A stretch of DNA of 64,000 bases from Octopus sinensis (taxonomy: Eukaryota), in contig NC_043013.1 in NCBI RefSeq assembly GCF_006345805.1, forward strand, positions 6,014,001 through 6,078,000. The letters run 5' to 3'. Below the pieces are notes generated by a model. That model saw only the letters and a program-made list of their open reading frames with translations. It was not told the DNA's origin and searched no databases. This document shows positions 41,036 to 51,524 of this stretch, piece by piece. A program made the position numbers and the translations under genes. Each line of letters opens with the position of its first letter. Within the stretch, counting starts at the first letter, position 1.

Positions 41036-41917
41036 AACAAGCACTCAGAGAGCGCAAACCTGCGCTAAGGCAACACCATCATCGTCTCAACGATCAGCCA
41101 AAGATGATTTTTAAAATGAGAATACTAAAAATGTACCTGACTGCTCTCAAAAATTATGTTAAAAAGCCGGAAAAATAATTTAGAATCTTTGCTGGTATCT
41201 GATCGATCCCAATGGTGGTCATTGAATTTGAGGGTGGCTGTGGAAAATTTAGTAACAGTAATAGATAGTTTATTCTTATCTAATACAAGCCAAAGTTAAC
41301 AAATCTACCATTCAAAATAGTTTCAAAGGTAGACGTAATAATAAGAAGTTCTACTCAGGAATTTTTAAATGAATAACATGAGTCCTTTTGGTTTTTCTCT
41401 TCTCTTAAATTCCGGCCTTCCTTTAGTATTCCTGTTGTTTTAGATCGATGTATAGATGTATGTATGTCTGTAAGTATACTGTAAAGTGTTAATATGTATG
41501 TTTAATATATATATATTATATAAATATGTTAGTGTTATTTAATTTCTTAAGGGTTTTGCTGCTGTTTGCTTATGTAGTTTGATTTCTTTATCCATCAGTT
41601 TCTACTAAGATAGAGACATGAGTAAAATTAAAAACGAAAATAAAACTTTAGAAGCAGCCTAAAAGGAGATAATTGAGTAAGATTTGAATGTAAATATACG
41701 GTCATAATCATGTAAAGTAAATATAACAAATAATCCAGAATCCTTGTCCGGTACTGGATCGATCCCAAAATCTAATCAGTTTGTGCTAGTCACGAGGCCA
41801 AACATCCCTGAAAGTTTCATCCAAATCCATCCAGCAGTTCTTGAGATATCTTGTCCATAGACAAACAAACAAACACAACTGAAAACAATACCTTCGCCTT
41901 AGCAAAGGTGGAGGTAA
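41036..41917 (+). mobile_element. Helentron/HINE-like non-autonomous element with an internal insert
   Basis: 5' AACAAGCACTCAGAGAGCGCAAACCTGCGCTAAGG; 3' hairpin ACCTTCGCC-ttagcaaa-GGTGGAGGT; second, truncated copy at 62735-62915. Confidence 0.55.
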
Positions 41918-42545
41918 TAATGATCTGAGTGGTAAGGAGTTTGCTTTCCAACCACATAGTTTTGGACTCAGTTCACTGTATGGTACCAAAGGGCAGGCAT
42001 CTTCTACAGTGGATTTGGGCAGACCAAAACCTTGTGAGTGCATCTGATAGATGGAAACTGAAAAAAGAAGACCATCATATATATCTGTGTGTATGTGTGC
42101 ATGGTAATTGTATGTGAGCATTGCTGTTATACAAGCAGTGTTGTTCATTTCCAATATTCTGTGAAATGTGTCTGGCCATGGGGAACTATTACCTTGCTTG
42201 GTAACAGGTGAGGGTTGGTGAGAGGAAGAGTGTCTGGTAGTTGAAAATCTGCCTCAAATATATTCTATTTGAACCATGGAAAAGCATGGAAAAGTGGATA
42301 TTAAATGATTTATGATGATGATAATATTTCTAATTTTGATACATGGCCAGCAATTTTAGGATTAGAAGCTTACTCAATTACATCAACCCCAATGCTTAAC
42401 TGGTACTTATTTTATTAACATGAAGAGGATGAAAGCCAAAGTCCTCCTTGGTGGAGCTCAGAATGTAAACCTGGAAGAAATGCTGCAAAATATTTTACCT
42501 GGCATGCTAATGCTTGTGCTAATAATAATAATAATAATAATAATA

Positions 42546-42583
<38 letters not shown>

Positions 42584-42584
<1 letters not shown>

Positions 42585-43137
42585 GCCCTGATGCAGTATC
42601 AGGCAGTGGATCTCATGGCTTCTGATCTTAACTGATTGGAAGTGTTATCATGGACATAGTTTTCTCTTGGTATAAAAGATGGGCTACAGCAAATATTCTG
42701 CTCAATGCCAGAGATTTGCTTGTCAGTTGTTTGACCTTAACCAGTTGACCATGTGCCTTGGTGGCTGACGATATATGTATCTCTGATCATGAGCAGGAGT
42801 CTTGGGGGCGCATCATAGCCATGTGTTGAGAGGAATTTTGGGGCGCTTGGATAATTCTCCTTTGGAAACATGGGCATTTTGTTCATCATCCTTAAACAAC
42901 CCTTATTCAGGGATCTTTTGAGCAGGATGGGCTACTCGGCCTGAATAAAATTCTAACTGGGCCACACCTGCAAGATCATGCACTGTTTATCATGGTATGA
43001 GGTCACTATGTCGTGCATATATAGTTTTGATGCATGTGCCTGGTGTACCTTTATCAGACGGTAGTCATGATGGATGTACTGGACTTCGTATATTTTACTC
43101 CAGTGTCACTTTGACGGCATGCACTGCTCTCTCACTC
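42584..43137. mobile_element. About 550-bp non-coding repeat flanked on both sides by (TAA)n
   Basis: Complex sequence bounded by TAA runs at 42520-42581 and 43138-43160; no ORF; classification is inference. Confidence 0.5.
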
Positions 43138-43164
43138 AATAATAATGATAATAATAATAACCCT

Positions 43165-43375
43165 TTCTACTAAAGACACAAGGCCTGAAATCTACGGAGA
43201 GGGGACTAGTCGATTACATCGACCCCAAAAGTATGAAAGGTAAAGTCGACCTTGGCAGAATTCGACTTTGCCTTTCATCCTTTCAGGGTCAATAAATTAA
43301 GTACCAGTGAAACACTGGGGTCGATGTAATTGACCTGTTCCCTCCCACCAGCCTTGTGCCTTTTGTAGGAATGAT
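43165..43375. mobile_element. Inverted fusion of two SINE family B halves
   Basis: Minus copy 43165-43260 joined at GAATTCGAC to a plus copy 43260-43375. Confidence 0.75.
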
Positions 43376-43504
43376 TATTATTATCATAAAGGCGGTGAGC
43401 CAGCAGAATTGTTAACATGCTGGGCAAAATGCTTAATGGCATTTTGTCTGTCTTTACATTCTGAGTTCAAATTCCATTGAGGTTGACTTTGCATTTCATC
43501 CTTT

Positions 43505-43840
43505 CATCATCATCATCATCATCATCATCGTTTAATGTCCGTTTTCCGCGCTAGCACGGGTTGGACAGTTCGACCGGGGTCTGGGAAGCCAGGGGCTGCA
43601 CCAGGCTCCAGTCTGATCTGGCAGAGTTTCTACAGCTGGATGCACTTCCTAACGCCAACCACTCCGCGAGTGTAGTGGGTGCTTTTTACGTGCCACCTGC
43701 ACAGGTGCCAGGGGGGTCTGGCATCGGCCACAATTGGTTGGAGCTTTTAACGTGCCACCGGCATGGAAGCCAGCCAAGGCGGCGCTGGCAACGGCCATGT
43801 TCGGATGGTGCTTTTTATGTGCCACCGGCACAGGTATCAC
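43505..43840 (-). mobile_element. RTE-tail SINE/LINE 3' fragment
   Basis: Same family consensus blocks. Confidence 0.85.
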
Positions 43841-43893
43841 AACTACTATTTCCATTGATATTTATTTCAATAATAATAAGAAGAATAATGATA

Positions 43894-44357
43894 ATTGAGA
43901 ATAATGAGTATAAGATCTTGTGGGGTTTTACAATCCAGTGTGATTCAGTGATTGAGGTTCAGAGATTAGACATTGTTGTAGTTGATAAAATGGTGAAGGA
44001 AACCAAGATCTTAGGTATTGCCGTACCTGGGGATGTACAAATACATGATAAAGAACTGGAAAAGATTGAGAAGTACAAACCACTAAAAGACGAGGTCGCA
44101 CAAATGTGGAAAATGAAAAAAGTAACTGTCATCTCAGTCGTTGTAGGGACATTAGGAACATAACGACCAGGTTTGAGAAATTTGTTGGAGAAATTGCGAT
44201 TGGCATAAGGGTAGAACATGCTCAGAAAATTGCTTTATTGGGGACAACAAGGATTTTGAGATTGGTATTTGCATGTTAAGTATTGTGGAAAGAGACCTGT
44301 GAGATCCTTGACAACAGGTTGTTGTCTGCTCTTACAGAATTAACCGGAACAAGTGAA
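43894..44357 (+). mobile_element. 5'-truncated R4/Dong-like non-LTR retrotransposon; restriction-like endonuclease C-terminus, pseudogenized
   Basis: IENNEYKILWGFTIQCDSVIEVQRLDIVVVDK...ILGIAVPGD...EKIEKYKPLKDEVAQMWKMKKVTVISVVVGTLG, then a frameshift to ITTRFEKFVGEIAIGIRVEHAQKIALLGTTRILRLVFAC* (stop 44277-44279). Both ends lie in (AAT)n. Confidence 0.88.
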
Positions 44358-44437
44358 ATAATAACAATAATAGTAATAATGTTACTATGAATCATTTATG
44401 TTTTGCTTCCAGTTGTTTTTTATTTACTTACGTATTA

Positions 44438-44469
<32 letters not shown>

Positions 44470-45169
44470 CATAGTTATTTTCTGTTTTCTTGTTTGATTT
44501 AGTAACTTTAACTATTATTAGAGCAATTATTTTCATTTACGGTCCAATATCTACTTATTTTCTACAATTAAACACCAACAAGCTAACCTACATGTAATTG
44601 CTTGACCTGCTAAAAATAGAAGAATAGCTGTCACATCTTAAATTCACCCTACCTTCTTTGTTTAACCTTTTAGTCGTATTCTTGTTAAAATACACTGCAT
44701 TTGTATCAATTATTTTTGTAAATAATGGAGAATTTAGTAAAACAACTTTGTTATTAATCTGGTGTTTAAGAACATAACAGGAAACTTTGATGGCAGGCTT
44801 TAATTTAGATCACTTAAAAACCCTTTTTGTTACCATATTCGTGTTGAAATACATTGCCTTTGTTTCTGTTAATACTGAAAATAACAGAGAATTTACTAAA
44901 ATAACTTTGTCATTAAGCTGGTATTTGGAACATAAATTAACCTGAGATTTTAATGGAAGTTTAAATATCATTTGTGGTAAGTTCACCATCGTCAGTTCAC
45001 TATTTCTTTTTCAATAAAATAGTTTCTAATTGTTAATGGTGAAATACTATGAAATATATTTTCTTGGTAAACTTTCCTTGCGCTGAACTTTCTTCACAGA
45101 GAATTGATGACACTGAACTTTCCCTGCGGTGAACTTACTTGTAATCTTTAAATATAGATTACTCTATAT

Positions 45170-45412
45170 CAGTGGTCCCCAACCAGGGTCTATAAAACAC
45201 TTGTGGGGTCCATATAAGATTTTCTTGTTAAAGTTTATGAGCAATAAATTAGTCATACTTCTACTAAACACAAATTATTTTAGCAATTTTTTTACAATCC
45301 CCAATAATATCTAATTATATAAATATAAAAGGTTTTTTTTAAACATGGAAGTTCATGAGAATAAAATAGGAATCAAAGGGGTTCATAGGCAAAAAATGAC
45401 TGAGAAACACTG
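45170..45412. mobile_element. hAT-like MITE
   Basis: Termini CAGTGGTCCCCAA and CTGAGAAACACTG resemble hAT (Charlie-type) ends; 8-bp TSD not recognisable. Confidence 0.5.
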
Positions 45413-45597
45413 GTTTAACACTTTAGCCTTCATATTTATTTCTTTATTGCCCACAGGGGGCTAAACACAGAGGGGACAAACAAGGACAGACAAAGGGATT
45501 AAGTTGATTATATCAACCCCAGTGCATAACTTGTACTTATTTAATTGATCCCAAAAGGATGAAAAGCAAAGTCGACCTCAGCGGAATTTGAACTCAG

Positions 45598-45643
45598 AAT
45601 ATATATGTATATATATGTATATATATATATTTATATATGTATA

Positions 45644-45675
<32 letters not shown>

Positions 45676-45780
45676 CATATATGTATGTATATATATATGT
45701 ATATATATATTTATATATATGTATATATATATATATGTATATATATGTATATATATGTATATATATATATACATATATAT

Positions 45781-45815
<35 letters not shown>

Positions 45816-45836
45816 GTATATATATTTATATATATG

Positions 45837-45886
<50 letters not shown>

Positions 45887-45920
45887 TATACATATATATA
45901 AATATATGTATGTATGTGTG
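45598..45920. repeat. (TA)n/(TATATG)n microsatellite
   Basis: Direct reading. Confidence 0.95.
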
Positions 45921-45964
45921 TAAACCTCATAAAAAAAAAAAGGAACCTACTGATATAAAAGGCA

Positions 45965-46635
45965 AGATAGAAGACCTGTTGAGGCAAGTGAAAATCAAAA
46001 CCAAATCAAAATAGATGTACATCAATGGAATTTGTATCCTATTTGTATCCTTTATGGTACCAGTGCTGGTGGCACATAAGAAAACCATCTGAACGTGACC
46101 GTAGCCAGTACTGCATCGACTGGCCTCCGTGCTGAGGGCACGTAACAAACACCATCCGAGCGTGGCCGTCTGCCAGCCTCGTCTGGCACCTGTGTCGGTG
46201 GCACATAAAAAACACCATCCGAGCGTGGCCGTCTGCCAGCCTCGTCTGGCACTTGTGTCGGTGGCACATAAAAAACACCATCCGAGCGTGGCCGTCTACC
46301 AGCCTTGTCTGGCACCTGTGTCAGTGGCACATAAAAAACACCAACCGAGCGTGGCCGTTCGCCAGCCTCGTCTGGCACCTGTGTCGGTGGCACATAAAAA
46401 ACACCATCCGAGCGTGGCCGTCTGCCAGCCTCGTCTGGCACCTGTGTCGGTGGCACATAAAATCACCCACTACACTCTCGGAGTGGTTGGCGTTAGGAAG
46501 GGCATCCAGCTGTAGAAACACTGCCAGATCTGACTGGCCTGGTGCAGCCTTCGGGCTTGCCAGACCCCAGTTGAACCGTCCAACCCATGCTAGCATGGAA
46601 AGCGGACGTTAAACGATGATGATGATGATGATGAT
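45965..46635 (+). mobile_element. RTE-tail element with five 63-nt tandem units (46150-46464)
   Basis: Unit CACCATCCGAGCGTGGCCGTCTGCCAGCCTCGTCTGGCACCTGTGTCGGTGGCACATAAAAAA starts at 46150, 46213, 46276, 46339 and 46402; standard tail. Confidence 0.9.
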
Positions 46636-46784
46636 TATATATATATATATATATATATATGTAGCCCCAGGAGGCCACTGCCTCCAGCTGGCTATAGACA
46701 CACTAGCCAGCTGGAGGCTACAAACTACAGTAGCATCCACCCTTGGGGGTTGGCCATATTTCAATGGCAAATATACGTCATGAA

Positions 46785-47370
46785 TAATTATAATTATGAT
46801 AAAAATATGCTGTGCGTGAAAAGACCAGGCAGGACAAGTGAGTCCAGCCCACTTATGCATGCCTTTCCTCCCTTGGACACACAAAGACCTGTTGAGGCAA
46901 GCGAAGTCGATATCGAACCTCATCCGACGACAGGCACCTATGCCAACCCCACTTTGCTTGCGAAGACCTGTTGGGGCAAGTGAAATCGGAATCGAAATTG
47001 AACCAATCCTATGACTGGCACCCGGCAGATGCCAGGACCCCTGGACTGGAGATACGTAAAAAGCACTATCCGAATCGTGGCCGAAGCCAGCGCCGCCTCG
47101 ACTGGCTTCCGTGTCGGTGGCACGTAAAAAGCACCATCCGAATCGTGGCCGAAGCCAGCCTCGCCTGGCACCTGTGCAGGTGGCACGTAAAAAGCACCCA
47201 CTACACTCACGGAGTGGTTGGCGTTAGGAAGGGCATCCAGCTGTAGAAACACTGCCAGATCAGACTGGGCCTGGTGCAGCCTTCTGGCTTCACAGATCCC
47301 CGGTCGAACCGTCCAACCCATGCTAGCATGGAAAGCGGACGCTAAACAATGATGATGATGATGATGATGT
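46785..47370 (+). mobile_element. RTE LINE 3' end (ORF stop, 3' UTR and (GAT)n tail)
   Basis: YAVREKTRQDK* followed by a UTR with internal repeats and the tail CCGTCCAACCCATGCTAGCATGGAAAGCGGACGCTAAACAATGATGATG. Confidence 0.75.
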
Positions 47371-48805
47371 ATATATATAGGTGAACACTACCTTCAAGGA
47401 AAAAATCTTCAAGATTGTTATCGCATAAGTGCTTATTAATTTGTTGAAAACATGAGAACCAGGAGAAAGAGTGAGAGAGAACAGAACCATATACTTCAAG
47501 ATAGAAATTATTTCATTTTTCTCCTAAGTGATCTAAAAAGCTAGCACCTGGTAACAGGCTAAGAACTATATACAACGTCAGTAATTTAGACAAGAAATAC
47601 ATGTTTCAAAATATAAACCATTAAATATGTTACCACAAATATAATTGTCAACAACCAATTAATTAGAAACCTATTTTTGTGGCCTCTTACCAAAATAAGA
47701 AATATCTCGTTTAGTTTCTTTAAAATTCTCTTTCGGTTTTCCTCTCTTATTTTCTTCCTCTGCTCGTGTTTTTTTAATGATTTTCTTTTCAAATTTTCAT
47801 TTTATATCCGTTTGTTACTTTATGATTGCAAAGACTTCTGGTTTCTATAATTTTTTTGTATTTAAAAATTTTTTGTTTTGTTTTGTAATACTTGCATGTA
47901 AAATTGTTGTGCAATTTATTTCATAACCAAATATTCCTTTCTCAAAAAAAGAAAATAAATAAAAATAAAAAATCAACCTTTTATGTTGACTTTCATGACA
48001 GAAAGCAAGTCAGAACATTTCCGAAAAGCCCTTTTAGTCATTAACAAAAAAAAAAATTCACTTTTCATTTTGATATTCTTGATCTCCAACTTAACATAGA
48101 ACACAAAATATTGTGTTATCTACCTCAAAAGATCATGTGATGCATAAAAGCACTCATCATTGTATCGTTGACAGATAAGAACTATCTCATAATTTCATGG
48201 AACCAGATCCCATGATTTCGGCCTGCTATGTGTTCTTCAGGACAGATATCCTGCAGTGGTATGACAGCTGAATCTCCCGTCAGTGATTTATAGCATCTCA
48301 GTGTCTTTTCTACCACTGGTGTCACAAACAGCAAGTGTTGTAATTTTCATGACATGACTATAAGTGTTAGTGTAGCTAAGTGGTTAAGAAGATTGCTTCA
48401 CAACCATGTGGTCTTGGGTTCAGTGGCACTGTATGCCAGGTATTTACTTTGGGTATGGTATTCACTTGTGAGTGAATTTGGTAGCATGAAACTGAAAGAA
48501 GCTCGTTTTGTGTGTGTGTGTGTGTCTGCATGTGTATGTATGTGTATATGCATTTATGTGTGTGTCCTTGTCTTGACATTATGTTTTTATCGCAAATAAA
48601 CATCGCATTCATGTAAGCAGTGTTTTGGACTCAGGAAAAAGGTGAAAGTTGGTAATGGGAAGAGTATCCAGCCATAGAAATTTTGCCTGATCACACAAAC
48701 ATTGAAAAGTGGATATTAAAATGGTGATGGTGGCAGTGCTGAAGTTTGAATTGCATCCAGCACTGGACTTAGTTCCACTGGATTTTGATTCAAGGAATCT
48801 TTCGC

Positions 48806-49165
48806 CTTTTACATGTTTCAGTCATTAGACTGCAGCCTTGTTGGGGCACCACCTTGGAGACTTTTTAGTCGAATGGATCGACTCTAGGACTTATTTTAAA
48901 AGCTTGATACTTATTCTATAGTCCCATTTGCTGAACTGTTAAGTTACAGGGATGTAAACACACCGACACCAGTTGTCAAGTAGTGGTGGGGGGCACATAC
49001 AGACCCACACACACATACACTTATATATGACAGTTTCTTTCAGCTTCTCTCTACCAAATCCACTCACAAGGTTTTGGTCTAGCTGAGGCTATAGTAGAAA
49101 ACACTCGGCCAAGATGCCATGTAGTGAGATTGAACTCAGAACCATGTGGTTGGAAAGCAAGCTTC
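48806..49165 (-). mobile_element. SINE family A
   Basis: Reverse complement of family A blocks. Confidence 0.8.
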
Positions 49166-49310
49166 TTTTATTCATTCAGTTGGCCACAAGGGCCTTACAA
49201 AGAAAGGAGGCTGCGGGCTGGACAAAGACATAATGAGATGAAATGATAGACGATATGATAATAATGAGGGCAACAGCAATGCCCGCCGATTGCTGTTTAT
49301 CGAGCACATT

Positions 49311-49362
49311 CATCATCATCATTTAGCGTCCGTTTTCCATGCTAGCATGGGTTGGACGGTTT
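49311..49362 (-). mobile_element. 3' tail of RTE-type retroposon fused to the 7SL 3' end
   Basis: Minus strand AACCGTCCAACCCATGCTAGCATGGAAAACGGACGCTAAA(TGA)n, nearly identical to the tails at 47310-47370 and 46575-46635. Confidence 0.92.
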
Positions 49363-49655
49363 TTGGTGTTCAGTTATATCGAACAGGCTGCCAGCCGACG
49401 ACTATTCACAGGCGCGATCCCACTACTGCTCGACACGGAGTCTTTTGCCTGCTGCGTTTCCGCCCTGGGCCGAAGCGACCCTCCTTAGACAATCTGGTCC
49501 TGATGAGCTCCCTCTCCAGCACCATATTGATGCCGAGCTTAGCGCGGACACCCGATCGCCATTGAAGACCGACTACCAGGACTCCCATCCTCAAACCGGT
49601 CAACCAACCAAGCCTCCGAGTAGCTGGATTACAGGAGCACGCCACAACTCCCAGC
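49363..49655 (-). ncRNA. 7SL: 7SL / signal recognition particle (SRP) RNA, about 293 nt
   Basis: Minus strand starts GCTGGGAGTTGTGGCGTGCTCCTGTAATCCAGCTACTCGGAGGCT (Alu domain with UGUNR motif). It continues CGATCGGGTGTCCGCGCTAAGCTCGGCATCAATATGGTG, helix 6 with GGAG tetraloop, CTAAGGAGGG, helix 8 CCCAGGGCGGAAACGCAGCAGG, and AGTAGTGGGATCGCGCCTGTGAATAG. These blocks are collinear with human and Drosophila 7SL as I recall them; the 5' and 3' strands of helix 5 can pair. Confidence 0.97.
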
Positions 49656-49665
49656 TAACATTGTT

Positions 49666-49826
49666 CTTTATAAATACTTATTGAGGCAACAAACCTCTTA
49701 CATCACAAAACATAAACGAGGCAATTAACCTCTTACAAGAAAGCCATTATGAGGCAGTAACCTCTTACATAAGTCAGAACACATAAATACAATAAATCAA
49801 TACAAATGAAGCACCAAGCCTCTTAC
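49666..49826 (-). promoter_or_regulatory. Putative 7SL upstream promoter: TATA-like element plus four direct repeats
   Basis: TATTTATAAAG on the minus strand at about -21 to -11. GAGGCA-N-(A/G)CCTCTTAC copies (plus strand) at 49683-49701, 49718-49736, 49751-49768 and 49808-49826. Confidence 0.6.
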
Positions 49827-50094
49827 TTGAATTCATTATAAGTCTTTTTGCCACACAGCCACCTAAATACATAGAAAGTGAATTAACCCTTTAACATTTA
49901 AACCGGCCAGCCATATCTGGCCAAAATGTTCTACTTCCTTTATGTTCAGATTGGCCAGATCCAACATCTCACACCCACCCTACAATGTCATTGTAAAAAT
50001 AAACAAATCACAGCATCAAAATCTTGAAGCTACAAGATAATGGATGATTAATTTAGAACAATGGGAATAAATAAGCATTTTTTTTTACAGTGTA

Positions 50095-50590
50095 ATCATC
50101 ATCATCATCATCATTTAACATCCGTTGTCCATGCTGGTGGGGTTTGGATGGTTTGACCGGAGCTGGTAAGCCAGAAGTCTGCACCAGACTCCAGCCTGAT
50201 TTGGAATGGTTTTCTATGGCTGGGTGCCCTTCCTAATGCCAACCACTCCGAGAGTGTAATGGATGCTTTTACGTGTCATTTGTGTGACACCGGCATGGGT
50301 GCCATTTGCATGACATCAGTATCTGCCATGATTGCGATTTTGTTCAGCTTGATGGGTCTTCTTCTCAAGCATGACATAATGCCAAAGGTCTCAGTCATTG
50401 CCTCTGTGAGGCCCAACACTTGAAAGGAACTCAGCCACTTTTCCTCCATAAGGCCCAATACTTGAAAGGTACTCAGCCACTTTGTCTCTGTGAATCCTAA
50501 CGCTTGAAAGGAGCCCTTTATGTGCCACTGGCATGGGTGCCAGTTACATGACACCACCATCAGCCATGACTACAATTTCACTTGAAACGT
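50095..50590 (-). mobile_element. RTE-tail element with a triplicated ORF-end segment
   Basis: Minus strand FQALGFTETKWLS / FQVLGLMEEKWLS / FQVLGLTEAMTE; (GAT)n tail at about 50095-50115. Confidence 0.65.
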
Positions 50591-50743
50591 GGAGTAGATA
50601 AAACAGGGGCCAACTGATGAAGGGATCGTCCTTTATGTTGCCTGTCTCGTTTCTCTATTTGTTTCTTTCGTTGTTTGAAAAAAAGCTTGTTTTCTGTGTT
50701 TTTTTTTATGTTCTCATTTCTCTTTTTGTTCACGTTTTTTTTA

Positions 50744-50765
50744 TGGAAACTGAAAGAAGCCCATC

Positions 50766-50825
<60 letters not shown>

Positions 50826-51048
50826 GTGTGTGTATACATTTGTGTGTCTGTGTTTGTCCTCCCAACATCGCTTGACAACTGATGCTGGTGTGTTTACAAC
50901 TTCGTAACTTAGCAGTTCGGCAAAAAAGAGACCTATAGAATAAGTACTAAGCTTACAAAGAATAAGTCCTGGGGTCGATTTGCTCGACTAAAGGTGGTGC
51001 TCCAGCATGGCCACAGTCAAATGACTGAAGCAAGTTAAAGAATAAAGA
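50744..51048 (+). mobile_element. SINE family A, 3' portion
   Basis: GGAAACTGAAAGAAGCCC...GGTGCTCCAGCATGGCCACAGTC. Confidence 0.85.
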
Positions 51049-51094
<46 letters not shown>

Positions 51095-51524
51095 TTTGTA
51101 TATATATATTAAAGCTTGTTTCTCCAGTGTTGCCATTTATTGTTCATTGAATTTACGCTATACAGACTCAAATGCATTCATGTATGTAAATATATGCACA
51201 CTTGTGCATATATATACATACACATACTCACACAATTATGCATGTGTACATGTATGTGTGTGTGTATGTATACAGTGAGAGAGAGTGAGAAATCTCAAAA
51301 TAGATTATTTATGATATCGGCTGACACACTTCTTAATGTTATCAATCCCCACCTTCAGATGGGTTGGGAAAGTAGGCAAACAAAAGTTCAAGTCACCAGT
51401 ACCCTGCCAGGATTTGAACTCAAACTATAAAAGAATGTGAGGAGGTATTAGTTCCAACACAAGCATGGAACCACACATTTGAAGAATGAGTATTGTTGGT
51501 TAAATTGACCACCTCTACTTACTC

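Noticed and set aside
46039-46612. CRISPR-like regular repeats and overlapping 21-aa-periodic ORFs
   Set aside because: The 63-nt units are contiguous with no unique spacers, there are no cas genes, and they sit inside a eukaryotic retroposon; the periodic ORFs result from 63 being a multiple of 3.
49661-49670. AATGT on both sides of the 7SL-RTE chimera as a possible target-site duplication
   Set aside because: Only 5 nt, offset by 2 nt from the 7SL start, and expected by chance in AT-rich DNA; it cannot establish retroposition.
49290-49684. Three overlapping ORFs of 79-110 aa
   Set aside because: They are incidental frames across the GC-rich 7SL RNA sequence.
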